The translations under genes and the position numbers were made by a program. Below the pieces are notes generated by a model. That model did no database searches. It had not been told where the DNA came from and worked only from the letters and a program-made list of their open reading frames with translations. Source: an uncultured Acidobacteriota bacterium (GTDB taxonomy: Bacteria; Acidobacteriota; JAQAZP01). From it: 64,000 bases of DNA. Positions 21,612-32,698 of the stretch are shown one piece after another. Within the stretch, counting starts at the first letter, position 1. Every line of letters begins with the position of its first letter. The DNA lies in assembly GCA_963836075.1 (NCBI GenBank), contig CAWIIB010000009.1:1216001-1280000 (forward strand), in the 5' to 3' direction.

Positions 21612-22461
21612 ATGGAAATCCCTGAAAATCTTGACAGTATGGTGCAACGCGCCGAACCTGTGCCCCTGCCCGGGCCGGGGGTCACCAGGCTGTTTCTCGG
21701 CCGTGCCGGAGAGGAGACCGGGCCTCCCGGCACGGGGCACCTGGAACGGTTGTGCCGCCTCTTCGCCCGTTTTCCCTATGAAAACGTGACCAAGATCATC
21801 CGCCGCGGCACAGACCTCACCACTGACCCCCGCTTCCGCGGCCCGCAGGAGGTGGCGGACGGCTTCCTCCAGTCGGGCGCCGGCGGCACCTGCTTCAGCC
21901 TGACGAACCTCTTCCTCCAGGTGCTGGCCGACTGCGGCTACCACGCCGTTCCGTTCCTGGCCCACATGGGCCGGCGTGAAAATGTTCACTGCGGTCTGAT
22001 CGTCGGTCTCATCGGCGGCGGCCGGGCCCTGGTGGACCCCGGCTACCTGGTGGACCGGCCGCTTCCCCTGGTCCCCGGCCGCGGTGAACACCGCACCGGC
22101 AGCGCCAGGATTCTGCTGGAGGGGGACGGGGAACAGTTACCGCCTCTCCACCCTCACCGCCGGCGTGTGGAAGGAGCGCTACCGCTTCGCGGACCGGCCG
22201 CCGGGGAAGGAGCGGTTTCTCAAGGCCTGGCACGAGAGCTTCACCGGGCCGGGGATGAACCAGCTCTGCCTCACCCGCGGCACTGACGGGGGTTACGTCT
22301 ACCTGCACGGCCGGCACCTGCGGCGGGTCACCGGGGACGACAAGCAGGTGCGCAAGCTGGGGCGCGGCGACTCGGCCGCCGTGGCCGAGCCCTTTGGCAT
22401 CGATCCGTTGCTGGTGGACCGGGCACTGGAGGTGCTAACCTCCCTGCGGAGGGACGATTGA
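21612..22461 (+). CDS. Arylamine N-acetyltransferase family protein (frameshift near 22130)
   Basis: PYEN, GGTCF, H, VDPGY catalytic triad; continues in ORF 22084-22461. Confidence 0.75.
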
Positions 22462-22483
22462 TGCTGATGGAGGAACCGGGACG

Positions 22484-23038
22484 ATGAAACCGCAGGACGT
22501 GCTTCCGGTGCAGCTGGTGGTCTGTGCCCTGGAGACCGACGGTGAGCTGTTTGGCGACGCACGGAAGCTGATGGCCGCCGAGTTCGGACCCGAGGCGGAA
22601 ATCCACGGGCCCTGGGATTTTGACGTCACCGACTACTACCAGGCCGAGATGGGTGGCCCGTCGATCCGCCGCTGGCTCATCGCTTACGCCGAGCCGGTGC
22701 TTTCCGAGCAGCTGCCCGAGATCAAGCTGCTGACCAACCGGATCGAAGAGCGGCTGACCGTGGATGGCCGGCGCCGGGTCAACCTCGACGCGGGCTATAT
22801 GGACTTCAACAAGTTCGTGCTCGCTTCAGCCAAGTTCCACGAGCACAAGATCCACCTTGGCCGTGGCATCTATGCCGACCTGACCCTGATCTTCAACAAT
22901 GGGGCCTGGCATCCCCTGCCCTGGTCCTTCGCTGATTTCCGCGACGACCGGTACTACCAGGCCCTGACCCTGATCAGGGTCGGCTACCGCGAGCGGATGC
23001 GGAGTAACCCTTCCCCCCGGCGGCTCTGCACTGATTAG
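22484..23038 (+). CDS. DUF4416 family protein
   Basis: TDYYQAEMG, RRVNLDAGY, GIYADLTL, LPWSFADF. Confidence 0.8.
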   Translation: MKPQDVLPVQLVVCALETDGELFGDARKLMAAEFGPEAEIHGPWDFDVTDYYQAEMGGPSIRRWLIAYAEPVLSEQLPEIKLLTNRIEERLTVDGRRRVNLDAGYMDFNKFVLASAKFHEHKIHLGRGIYADLTLIFNNGAWHPLPWSFADFRDDRYYQALTLIRVGYRERMRSNPSPRRLCTD

Positions 23039-23047
23039 TTCCTGTTC

Positions 23048-23986
23048 CTAAATAACGTCGCACTGCGGTTCCGCGAACAGTTCGGTGGACAGGTAGCGCT
23101 CGCCGGTGTCGGGCAGGATCACCAGAACCTTCTTGTCCGGTCCCATCTCTTTGGCGATCTCGGCAGCGGCGTGAGCTGCCGCACCGCAGGAGATGCCCAC
23201 GAGAATGCCCTCGTCGGTGGCCAGCCTCCGGGCAAAGCAACAGGCTTCGCCGTAGTTCACGGTAAGGATCCGGTCCACCATTTCGGGTTCGTAGATGTTG
23301 GGCACCCACCCGCCGCCGATGCCCTGGATCTTGTGCGGGCCCGGCTCGCCTCCTGACAGCACGGGGCTCTCCGTTGGCTCCACGGCCACGGTGATGATCC
23401 CCGGAACCTCTTTCTTCAGTACCCGGCCCGCACCGGTGATCGTGCCCCCGGTACCCACCCCGGCGACGAAGGCGTGGAGGTCCGTGCCGAAAACGTCGAT
23501 CACCTCGCGGGCCGTGGTCCGGGAGTGGACCTCGGGGTTGGCCGGGTTGTCGAACTGCTGGGGCATGAACGCGCCAGGGGTTTTCTCCAGGATCATCTCC
23601 GCCCCGGCCACGGCGCCCTTCATCCCCTTGGCCGCCGGGGTGAGTACGATCCTCGCCCCGAAGGTGGAGAGGATCTTCCGCCGCTCCAGGCTCATGCTCT
23701 CCGGCATGGCCAGGATCAACTTGTAGCCCCGGGCCGCGGCCACCATGGCCAGGCCGATGCCGGTATTGCCGCTGGTCGGTTCGACGATGGTGCCTCCCGG
23801 TTTGAGCCGGCCGTCCTTTTCCGCCGCTTCGATCATCGCCAGGCCGATGCGGTCCTTGATGCTGCCGCCGGGGTTGAAGCTCTCCAGCTTGGCAAACAGT
23901 TCGGCACCGCCCTCGGGCGCCACCCGCTGCAGTTTCACCACCGGTGTTCCGCCGATGAGGTCGGTTATGGATTCCGCGTATTTCAT
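23048..23986 (-). CDS. cysK: Cysteine synthase A
   Basis: NPGGSIKDR, EPTSGNTG, GVGTGGT, HKIQGIG. Confidence 0.95.
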   Translation of the reverse strand: MKYAESITDLIGGTPVVKLQRVAPEGGAELFAKLESFNPGGSIKDRIGLAMIEAAEKDGRLKPGGTIVEPTSGNTGIGLAMVAAARGYKLILAMPESMSLERRKILSTFGARIVLTPAAKGMKGAVAGAEMILEKTPGAFMPQQFDNPANPEVHSRTTAREVIDVFGTDLHAFVAGVGTGGTITGAGRVLKKEVPGIITVAVEPTESPVLSGGEPGPHKIQGIGGGWVPNIYEPEMVDRILTVNYGEACCFARRLATDEGILVGISCGAAAHAAAEIAKEMGPDKKVLVILPDTGERYLSTELFAEPQCDVI

Positions 23987-24972
23987 TGTTTGTCCTCGCC
24001 GTTGATGGGGGTCATCCGCTGCTCCTGACTGGAGAGTGTGACTTGCGTATTCGGCGGCACCGAGTGGGTCAGCCAGACGCTGCCGCCGATCACCGAACCG
24101 CGGCCCACAACCGTCTCTCCGCCGAGGATCACCGCCCCGGCGTAGATCACGCAGTCGTCCTCGATGGTGGGGTGGCGCTTGTGGTCGCGGAGCATCCGGC
24201 CTTCCTCGTCCTTGACGAAGCTGGCCCCGCCCAGGGTCACCCCCTGGTAGATCCGCACCCGGTCACCGACGATGGCGGTTTCGCCGATCACCACACCGGT
24301 GGCGTGGTCGATAAAGAACTTTTCGCCGATGGTGGCCCCGGGGTGGATGTCGCAGCCGGTGATCGAGTGGGCGTGTTCGGTGAGCATCCGCGGCAGTATC
24401 GGCACCTGCAGCACCTGCAGCACGTGGGCCAGCCGGTAGATGGTCACCGCCCGCAGCCCGGGGTAACAGAAGATGATCTCCTCCAGGTCCCTGGCCGCCG
24501 GGTCGCCGTCGTATGCCGCCTGGACGTCGCCGGCCAGCAGGCGTCGCAGTTCGGGAATCCTTTGCAGGACGGCGATGGCCACGTCAGCGGCCCGGACGTG
24601 ACAATCATCACATTTCGGTTTCGGTGCGTGGCACTCGTGGATCAGGCACTTGCCCACCTGCTCCTGGAGCAGGCGGTAGAGCCGGTCCACCCGGCTGCCG
24701 AGGTAGAAGGAGACCGAGGGCCGGTCCACCGCCTGGGTGCCGAAGTAGCCGGGCATCAGGATCGCCTGGTAGAGATCGACGATGGCCAGCAGCGACTGCT
24801 GGCTGGGGATCATCGGGTAGCTCACGTGGTCCGGGGAGTCGTCGGCGTCGAGACTCCTGACGATCTCCTCCACGATGCCCGGGAGCAGGTCCCGGTGGCG
24901 GTCGTTCTCGATGGTATGGTGGCCCCTGGCGCAAATGGACGGCGGGGCCGGTCGTTTCTCTATCGTGCCCAT
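23983..24972 (-). CDS. cysE: Serine O-acetyltransferase
   Basis: GDPAA, DIHPGATIG, IYQGVTLG, KRHPTI; coupled to cysK. Confidence 0.93.
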   Translation of the reverse strand: MGTIEKRPAPPSICARGHHTIENDRHRDLLPGIVEEIVRSLDADDSPDHVSYPMIPSQQSLLAIVDLYQAILMPGYFGTQAVDRPSVSFYLGSRVDRLYRLLQEQVGKCLIHECHAPKPKCDDCHVRAADVAIAVLQRIPELRRLLAGDVQAAYDGDPAARDLEEIIFCYPGLRAVTIYRLAHVLQVLQVPILPRMLTEHAHSITGCDIHPGATIGEKFFIDHATGVVIGETAIVGDRVRIYQGVTLGGASFVKDEEGRMLRDHKRHPTIEDDCVIYAGAVILGGETVVGRGSVIGGSVWLTHSVPPNTQVTLSSQEQRMTPINGEDKQ

Positions 24973-25306
24973 GATGATGATTAGCCTCCGGTAACAATCC
25001 TTGTCTGAGTATTGCGGGCCGTCAACGGTAGATTTTGGGGAATAGGCCCTTTTGAAGGGGATTATTCCACAAAATAACTAGATTAATTGAGGAAAGTTAC
25101 GCTCTGCGGGGCACGGGTGCGACCGGTTCACGCACAGAAAAAGAGGCAACAGGGCCGCTGAAGAAGGCATGAATATCGAGCATCTTCACCGATGATGCAC
25201 ATGAGAAATCAAATTCCTTCATGCCACCGCCAATGGCAGTAGAATCAGCACTCCGATCAGATATCGAGCAACTCGCTTCATTCCGCTCCCCCTGTTCCAT
25301 TCCATG

Positions 25307-27020
25307 TCATTGTCCTTCAAGTTTCATTACCGCCCGGGCTGCATTTGTATTTTCCGGATTCAGTTCCAGCGCCCGATTGTAGTTGCGGATGGCTTGCTCC
25401 AGCTGTCTGGCCTTCATGTACGCCTCGCCAAGACTGTCAAAGGTGTTCGCCGATTCGGGGAACTCGGCCAGGTTGCGGGTGAAGAGATAGATGGCGCAAT
25501 CGTGGAACCCGGTATTGAGAAATTCATAGCCAACGGCAACGAACAGGCCGTCGCCCCATTGATTGCCGGCCACGGCCCTTCTTGCTGCATGCTCCGCCTC
25601 GTCGGCCTCACCGTTATGCTGTGCCAGGGCAGCCAGCCTCAAGAGATCCAGCGGAGAAGGAGAATTTTCCGCCTCACAGTAGGCGCGCATCACTTTCAGG
25701 GCGTGGTCCGGCTTACCCTGCTTGAGGAACCATAGGGCCAGATCCCTGAACTCGTATGGATCGAACGACATTGCCGGGTCCGCCCTCCGGCAGTCCGCCA
25801 TCGCCGTTTTCGCGCTGTCGGCTCCTTCGTTCAGCATCGTCCGTCCCACCGCCACAGCCGCCGAGGGGCCCGGTAACTCCGGATCATGCCCATAAAGGAC
25901 GGCGGCAATCTGTTCAGTGATCTGCTTGGGCGAGGCCACCTCTGCCGTATTCCCGGATGAATCCTTGTAATTGGAGAGCACGACAATGCAGCGATCATCC
26001 TCCAGGATGTGAACGTAGTTGCTTCGAAAACCGTTGATGCTTCCGGCGAGGCCCACCACGGTCACCGCTTCGCCCTTCGGCCCCCATTCCATGGGGCGAA
26101 TATCACAGCCGTAGCCGTAGTTCTGCATGTTCACGTTTTGAACCGGCGTGATCATCAGTTCGAGGCTCTGTGGCGACAGCAGTTGTCCGCCAAACAGGGC
26201 CCGGTCGAATCGAATCATGTCTTCGGCCGTGGAGTAAAGATTGCCGGCGCCCAGGACCACCGACATGTCAAGGGGGGAGCTGTTTTCAGGCTGCCCAAGA
26301 AACGGCTGGTGGTAACCCGTTGCACGCTGGTCCAGGTACCGTTCGGTTGTCGTCGATGCCGGTCTTCATCATGCCGGAGGGGGTGAGAATCTGCTCCTGA
26401 AGAAGATTTTCGGTTGTCCGCCCTGTCACCTCTTCCAGAATTATCGCCAGCAGCGCGTAGCCGAAATTTGAATAGTGAAACCGCTCGCCCGGCTCGCAGA
26501 CCAGCGCCTTTCCCTCGAAATAGCTCATTAACTGGGTGCGATCGTGGAAGAGCCGTTCGCAGACATCGAAACTCTCAGGAACATCGGGAAAGTCGAGCAA
26601 CCCGGAGGTATGTGTGAGCAGGTGGTGGATTGTGATCCGGCTGCCGGTCTCAAGGTGATAAGCGGGCAGGTAGTCAGAGACCGTGCCATCGAGCCGAAGG
26701 TTCCCCTGCTCCACTTGCTGCAGAACCAGCACGGCGGTAAACATCTTGGTCACTGAAGCGATTCTGAATTTCGTCTCGCTGGTGTTTGCCGCCTTCCACT
26801 CCAGGTTTCCGTAACCAAAGGCTTTTCCATAGATGATATTACCGCCCTCGGCTGCGGCCACCACGCCGTGGAAATGGCGGTGTTCGGCAAATCGGGCCAT
26901 CACATCATTGAGGCGAGTGACCCTCGGGTCGGCTGTTTCAGACGGTGTCGTGCAGGCCGCTGTGGCGGCCAGGAAGAGGCAAACACAAATCAGGACCATG
27001 GCGCGATGGTAAGGTTGCAT
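25307..27020 (-). CDS. Beta-lactamase-like serine hydrolase lipoprotein with C-terminal TPR (frameshift near 26280)
   Basis: ASVTK, LLTHTSG, YSN, GAGNLYST; TPR DSLGEAY. Confidence 0.8.
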
Positions 27021-27240
27021 CTGGTTTCTTTCTCACCAATGATTTAACCGTAAGATCAGCCGGCAAAGCGATCCGGCGTGGTTCATATGTAGGTAGAACG
27101 AAGCTTGCAGGCATATGTTCTGCTGTGATCTTCAAGTGTCCAGGCCGTTTTTTCCACCCCCACTCCACCGGGATGTATAATCAAGGCACTATCATTCCGC
27201 CGTGCAGCTATATTTGGCCCACATACCGAGGAGCCACAAA

Positions 27241-28383
27241 ATGAATATCAGGATTCCCTTCGTTGCGATGGTAATTTTTTGCGGACTTCTGGTTTTGATT
27301 TCATGCTCTCCGGAAAAAGAACTGGAATCGCACGCCCCGAGAATCATGCTGATGCCCGAGCACGATACGGACGGCCTGACCAGGATCCTGCTCTATTACG
27401 ACATGGAAGGCATTTCCGGGCAGAAGATCCTCCGGTCGATCGATTTCGGCAACGAAGCCTATCCCCAGGCCCGGGAGTGGCTGACCAACGACGTCAATGC
27501 CGTGGTGGACGGCCTGTTCGCGGGCGGTGCTGACACGGTCGAGGTGGTGGATGCTCACGGCAGCTTCAACCCCGAACCTGACATCCTCCTCGACAAGCTG
27601 GACCCCCGGGCGGCCATGCTTTACAGGGACGAGAAGTTTGGCCCTTATGTGGATCTGCTGGAGGAAGGAAAGTACGACGCCGTCGTCGCCCTCTGCATGC
27701 ACTCCAAAACCGGAGGTGGCGGCTTCGGGTCGCACACGGTCAACCTGGGGACGGACTGGATCCTCAACGACATGTCGATTAATGAATCAGAGCTGCTGGC
27801 GTATTCCTGGGGCCGGGCCAATGTCCCGCTGATTCTCGTCACCGGTGATGACAAGCTGGGCCATGAACTCTCCTGGATGACCTGGCTGGAGTATGTGGAG
27901 GTGAAGACAGCCAAAGGCCAGGATGATGCGGAACTCAGGCCGTTCGAGGAGGTTCACCAGGAGATGCGTACCGCTGCCGAGCGAGCCGTGCGGAATATCC
28001 CAGGCAGCAGTGCGGTGAAATTGACCGAGCCGATAAAGGCCCAGCTGCGGGTGGTCAAACCGGCCGACCTGAGTGCCCTGGAAGGCCTGCCCGGCATTGA
28101 CTACAAGGATCAGACCGTCACCTTCCAGGCAGCGAATTTCCAGCAGGCCTACGACGGCATCCGTGCGTTCATGGAAATCGCCCATGACGGCTACTGGGAC
28201 ATCCTGCAGAATATCGCACTCTCACAGGAGGACGGCGGCGAAACCTTCATGCAGTGGAAGGACGAGATGATGGCCACCTGGATAGCCCAGGAGTCGGGCC
28301 GGGAAAAGACTCCCCCTCCGGCAGAGGAGACTGCGGAAGCTGACGCGGAATCGTCCCCCAAAAAATATTTCGGCTCCACGTGA
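27241..28383 (+). CDS. M55 (DppA-like) D-aminopeptidase, lipoprotein
   Basis: DMEGISG, DAHG, SHT, VTGD; LISC lipobox. Confidence 0.85.
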   Translation: MNIRIPFVAMVIFCGLLVLISCSPEKELESHAPRIMLMPEHDTDGLTRILLYYDMEGISGQKILRSIDFGNEAYPQAREWLTNDVNAVVDGLFAGGADTVEVVDAHGSFNPEPDILLDKLDPRAAMLYRDEKFGPYVDLLEEGKYDAVVALCMHSKTGGGGFGSHTVNLGTDWILNDMSINESELLAYSWGRANVPLILVTGDDKLGHELSWMTWLEYVEVKTAKGQDDAELRPFEEVHQEMRTAAERAVRNIPGSSAVKLTEPIKAQLRVVKPADLSALEGLPGIDYKDQTVTFQAANFQQAYDGIRAFMEIAHDGYWDILQNIALSQEDGGETFMQWKDEMMATWIAQESGREKTPPPAEETAEADAESSPKKYFGST

Positions 28384-28419
28384 GAACTCACCGGAGGCGA
28401 ATGATGATTCCGTCCGCCC

Positions 28420-30834
28420 TCAGGGCGCCGTGCAGCTCAGCGTGAAGCCTGCGGTGTCACTGCTTCCCGACGGTGCGTAGGGCGGCTGGTTCCAGGGCGC
28501 CGGGGTGACGTCCACACCGGTGAGGGTGAAGAGGTTGTCGCCGACCAGGCTGCCCAGCGCCGGGATCGACTGGTTCCACCCGGTGGTATGGACCTCCAGC
28601 GGGTCGAGGTTGGTCCAGCCGGCTCGCCAGTTGGTGACCGGGCTGCCGCCGGCCGGGAGGACGTCGATCCGTCCGGCGGTCCGCCGGTTCTCCCCGGTGA
28701 GGTTGGCCAGGGAGATCTGCAGCGTGCTGGTGAAGGGAACCGTTCCGTTATCCGGCACGGCGGTGAACCCCACCGAAATGGTCTGGGGCAACCCGGGGCT
28801 CACCTCGCAGCTCCCCTGCCAGGGTAATACGTCTTCCCGGCACACGGTGACGGTCATTGTCCCCTCGGTGGCCGGGGCGATGGTGAGTATGGCCTGACCC
28901 GCCCCATCGGTGGTGCCGGTGGCGTGGACCTCGTCGCCCTTCCAGAGACAGACCGTGAAGCCGTCCAGCGGGCCGCCGTGGTCCACGGTGACTGCAAACG
29001 TCTGGCTGCCGGTACTGATGCTCGGCGAATGACTCACACCGTTCACCGCGGTGGGGTTCCCGGTCCAGACCTGCATCCCCGGGTCGCCCAGCAGGTGAAG
29101 CTGGGTGAAGCAGTAGTCGCTGAGATTGTAGGGATCGTCCGGGTTGTAGGCCGTATTTTTGAGCCAGAGGAACGTGTCCCCCAGGTCGTGCACATCCAGC
29201 TGGAAAAGCGATTCGTAGAACAGGAAGTCCTGCAGCACCGTGTAGTGGACCGGGTCCGAGGCCGGGGCGCCCCAGCCGTAGCGGGTGTTGCCGAGAAAGG
29301 CCACTGCACCGCCGCCGTTGCGCCGGAGAAACGCTTCGGCGATACAGATGTCGTAGGTGATGTCGCAGGGCCAGCAGCCGATGGCGAAGACGACGCTCTG
29401 CCTGTCGCCGTTGCTCAGCCCCTGGGCGTCGGCCACCTCCATGACGTCGCCGTGACAGATCGCACCGGCGCCGATGCCATACCAGTTGCAGTGCTCGTGG
29501 TGGTTCACCAGGTGGTGCCCCTGGTTGAGGTAGGCGATCATATCCGCCTTGTGCGCGCCCGGTTCGCTGTCGTACTCGGTGTTCAGCACCCATGATGGCG
29601 GCAGGTGGGTGGCGCGGAGCAGCTCCTTCTCGATCTCGCCCTTGCCGTCCCCGTCGGTGTTGTCAAAGCCGAGGAAGAGCGCCATCTCCAGGTAGTCCTT
29701 GTTCGGCGGGCTCTGCTCGTAGGTCAGCACCTTGTCGATGAAGGTCGAGATCTGCGCCGTATTGGCCACCGAAGCACGGCCCACAGCCGTCTCGCAGACA
29801 AAGTCGCCGTCGAAGTCGGCATAGTAGGTGTCGTTGGGAATATTGTCGGTCCAGTAGCCGGGTACGGTGACCGGGCGGAAGTGGGTTGGGATCACGTCGG
29901 TGTCTCCGCCGAAGAGGACGTGGGTGGCGCCCCAGGTCTGGTGCACGTCCTCCACAAAGGACCGCAACTGCTGGACCGCCGAACCGATATACGAGCCGCT
30001 GGTGTAGATCCACTCGGTGGTGACGATGGCCGAGCGGGTCCCGGTGGCGGTCCGCCAGTCGGCCAGCGGCTGGAAATCGTCCACCCAGTCTTCCCTGGTG
30101 ACGATGACGTAGTCATAGTTTCCCGGGTCCACGCCCCGCATCACGGTCGCCCCACTGGCCGTCCGGGGCGACACCGCTTCAGGGTTGGCGACCAGGCGCT
30201 TCAGCTGTGCTTCATAGCGTTGGCGTCCCGCGGGCGAGATGGCCGCGGGGAGGCTGTCTCCGCAGCGGTAACCACCGCTGCCCCGGACCTCAAACTCCAA
30301 CAGAGTGAAGAGGGACAACCGGCCGGTGGATGGCTGCCAGAGCAACGGGTTGACCCGGATGATGGCGAAGGATTGTCCTGCCAGGTCGGCCTGGCCGGAG
30401 AGAACCACCGGTGAGGCCGGCCAGAACGCAGTGCTATCGTAGATGGCGGGGTCGGGCGGAGCCGCTTTCGGTACCCTGCGGCCCTCACCGATCACCTGGG
30501 GGAGCCCTGCGGGTGCGATGCGGTGCGCCCCGGCCAGGGGTGCGGTCCGGCTCTCCACCAGCCTCACATCGGTGGCGGCCATACCCGGCGGCAGGGCCAC
30601 CCGCAGGGTCGTCACGGGCAGGGCAGGGGCGCCGGGGGTTTCACTCAGGGCCGTGCCGGGAAGACAGACCGTTACCGTGCCGTCAGGTCCCACGGGGCTG
30701 AAGGTCAGGCTCTCCTCCGTGAACTCCACTGTCTGCCGGACCAGGAATGGCTCCCTGTCCGGTGCCGCCGCCGAAGCCGGGATGACGGCCAGTAGAAGGG
30801 TCAGGAGCATGAGGCAGCGGTTGGAAAGGAGCAT
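28420..30834 (-). CDS. C25 gingipain-family cysteine peptidase with propeptide and C-terminal domain B
   Basis: PGAPALP propeptide, YVIVT, VLFGGD, VGR, His/Cys dyad region, GGAVAFLG, LLGDP. Confidence 0.88.
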   Translation of the reverse strand: MLLSNRCLMLLTLLLAVIPASAAAPDREPFLVRQTVEFTEESLTFSPVGPDGTVTVCLPGTALSETPGAPALPVTTLRVALPPGMAATDVRLVESRTAPLAGAHRIAPAGLPQVIGEGRRVPKAAPPDPAIYDSTAFWPASPVVLSGQADLAGQSFAIIRVNPLLWQPSTGRLSLFTLLEFEVRGSGGYRCGDSLPAAISPAGRQRYEAQLKRLVANPEAVSPRTASGATVMRGVDPGNYDYVIVTREDWVDDFQPLADWRTATGTRSAIVTTEWIYTSGSYIGSAVQQLRSFVEDVHQTWGATHVLFGGDTDVIPTHFRPVTVPGYWTDNIPNDTYYADFDGDFVCETAVGRASVANTAQISTFIDKVLTYEQSPPNKDYLEMALFLGFDNTDGDGKGEIEKELLRATHLPPSWVLNTEYDSEPGAHKADMIAYLNQGHHLVNHHEHCNWYGIGAGAICHGDVMEVADAQGLSNGDRQSVVFAIGCWPCDITYDICIAEAFLRRNGGGAVAFLGNTRYGWGAPASDPVHYTVLQDFLFYESLFQLDVHDLGDTFLWLKNTAYNPDDPYNLSDYCFTQLHLLGDPGMQVWTGNPTAVNGVSHSPSISTGSQTFAVTVDHGGPLDGFTVCLWKGDEVHATGTTDGAGQAILTIAPATEGTMTVTVCREDVLPWQGSCEVSPGLPQTISVGFTAVPDNGTVPFTSTLQISLANLTGENRRTAGRIDVLPAGGSPVTNWRAGWTNLDPLEVHTTGWNQSIPALGSLVGDNLFTLTGVDVTPAPWNQPPYAPSGSSDTAGFTLSCTAP

Positions 30835-31092
30835 TGTCTGACCTCCGGATGGTGGCAGTCGGCCGAGCGGTACATACCTGTGGAAATAATAGTGTCTTTG
30901 CCCGGCATCGGCAACAGGGGCCGGGCATCCCGAGCCAGGATTCCTCCGGCCGGGCACCCGTAAAAAATTGAACGACTGTCAAGAAATTTGCCGGCGGCAT
31001 CTCCCCGACTACCGCGTGCTCGATTCAGTGGCGGTCCAGGCAACTGATTGATTAATAGTGTCTTGTCCGATTCGTCTCCGGGGCTTTCGCTT

Positions 31093-31109
31093 TTGGCACG
31101 ACTCCTGCA
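31093..31109 (+). promoter_or_regulatory. Sigma54 (-24/-12) promoter
   Basis: TTGGCACGACTCCTGCA, GG-N10-GC. Confidence 0.65.
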
Positions 31110-31246
31110 CTTTCATCGGGACGGCCGCCCGGCGGCGGCAGGTTTCTCAATACCTGCCGTCCGGACGTTGACATATAGAGCGTATGGATAACTAGTGTTT
31201 CGTTGCCGGCCGGGATATCCCGGCTGGCTCCGAGGGGGATGCGATC

Positions 31247-31348
31247 ATGATTGGTGCAACCGACATCAAACGGTTCCTGCTGGCCTTTGCCTTCACCATC
31301 GTTGGATTTTCACTGCTGTTCTTCGTGCTGACCACCAAGGTGATGTGA
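31247..31348 (+). CDS. 33-aa single-TM small protein
   Basis: MIGATDIKRFLLAFAFTIVGFSLLFFVLTTKVM; GAGGGGG SD; below the ORF-track cutoff. Confidence 0.55.
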   Translation: MIGATDIKRFLLAFAFTIVGFSLLFFVLTTKVM

Positions 31349-31399
31349 AACGTTTCCAGCATTTCATTGACAATGCCCCAACATCATTGCCAGAGTAGC

Positions 31400-31527
31400 A
31401 ATGCGGTCCCCTTGAAGCGGTAACCGTGGATTGGGGATCGTGTCGTCACCATCGGCGGCCCCTCGCAGGGAGTGGGCCGAGCCATCAGCTTTGTACGAGC
31501 TGTGAACGAGGGCACTTCCCTCGAGAC
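31400..31527 (+). ncRNA. Candidate structured leader RNA upstream of asnA
   Basis: Four consecutive hairpins; no family recognised. Confidence 0.35.
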
Positions 31528-31555
31528 CAAAATAGAAAAAGTTGGGGTAAGGACA

Positions 31556-32573
31556 ATGAAAAAGTACGAATCTCTCCTGGATCTCAGGCAGACCGAGGAA
31601 GCCATCGTGGCCATCAAGCACCACTTCCAAAGGGAACTGGCCAGGAACCTCAACCTCTCAAGGGTGAGCGCGCCCCTGTTTGTCATGGCGGGTACCGGGA
31701 TAAACGATGACCTCAACGGCGTGGAGAAGCCCGTGGCTTTTGGCGTCAAGGCCCTGAACGGCACCTCGGCGGAGATCGTGCAGTCTCTGGCCAAGTGGAA
31801 GCGCATGGCACTGGCCGATTACGGGTTCGAGCCGCAGGAGGGGCTCTACACAGACATGAACGCCATCCGCCCGGACGAGACCCTCGACGAGTTGCACTCG
31901 GTATACGTGGACCAGTGGGACTGGGAACTGGTCGTCGATCCAGAGGACCGGACCCTTGAGTTTCTCACCGCGACCGTGGGGAAGATCTACACCGCTCTGC
32001 GGGCCACGGAGCGATATTTGTGTGAAAAGTATTCGAGCTTGAGGCCTGGATTGCCCCAGACCATCACCTTCGTTCACACCGCGGAGCTGGAGCGGCGCTT
32101 TCCCGATCTGACCCCCAGGGAGCGGGAGGACCGGATTTGCCGGGAGCACGGAGCGGTGTTCCTCATCGGCATCGGAGCACCGCTGGCCAGCGGAGAGCCC
32201 CACGACGGTCGCGCCCCGGACTACGACGACTGGTCCACGGAGACCGAACACGGACGAGGACTGAACGGCGATATCGTTGTCTGGAGCCCGGTCCTGGAGC
32301 GGTCATTCGAGTTGTCGTCCATGGGCATTCGAGTGGATGTGAAGACCCTGACGCGGCAACTGGAGATGACCGGCACCGAGGACCGGAAAGAACTGGCCTT
32401 CCACCGGGCGCTGCTCGAGGGGAGAGCTTCCCCTGTCGGTGGGGGGCGGCATCGGGCAATCGAGGCTGTGCATGTTCCTGCTGGGCAAGGCCCACATCGC
32501 CGAAGTTCAGTGCGGAGTGTGGCCCGCAGACATGCTGGAAGAAATGACGAGGAACAATATCCGGTCCTTGTGA
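31556..32573 (+). CDS. asnA: Aspartate-ammonia ligase (frameshift near 32420)
   Basis: [33 protein letters not shown]; GGGIGQSR in the shifted frame. Confidence 0.93.
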
Positions 32574-32698
32574 TCTCAGAGCCGAAGGGTGACGCCGGAC
32601 AGGTCCGGACCCGGCGGCAGGAGCCCCACGTCCGCGCTTGACACGGAGGACAGATCGGCTATGGTGGCCCGGAATACAAATCATGGAGGGCCATCGCG

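Noticed and set aside
32575-32640. SRP RNA-like CAGGTCCGG motif
   Set aside because: Lacks the GGAA loop and AGCAG pairing of helix 8
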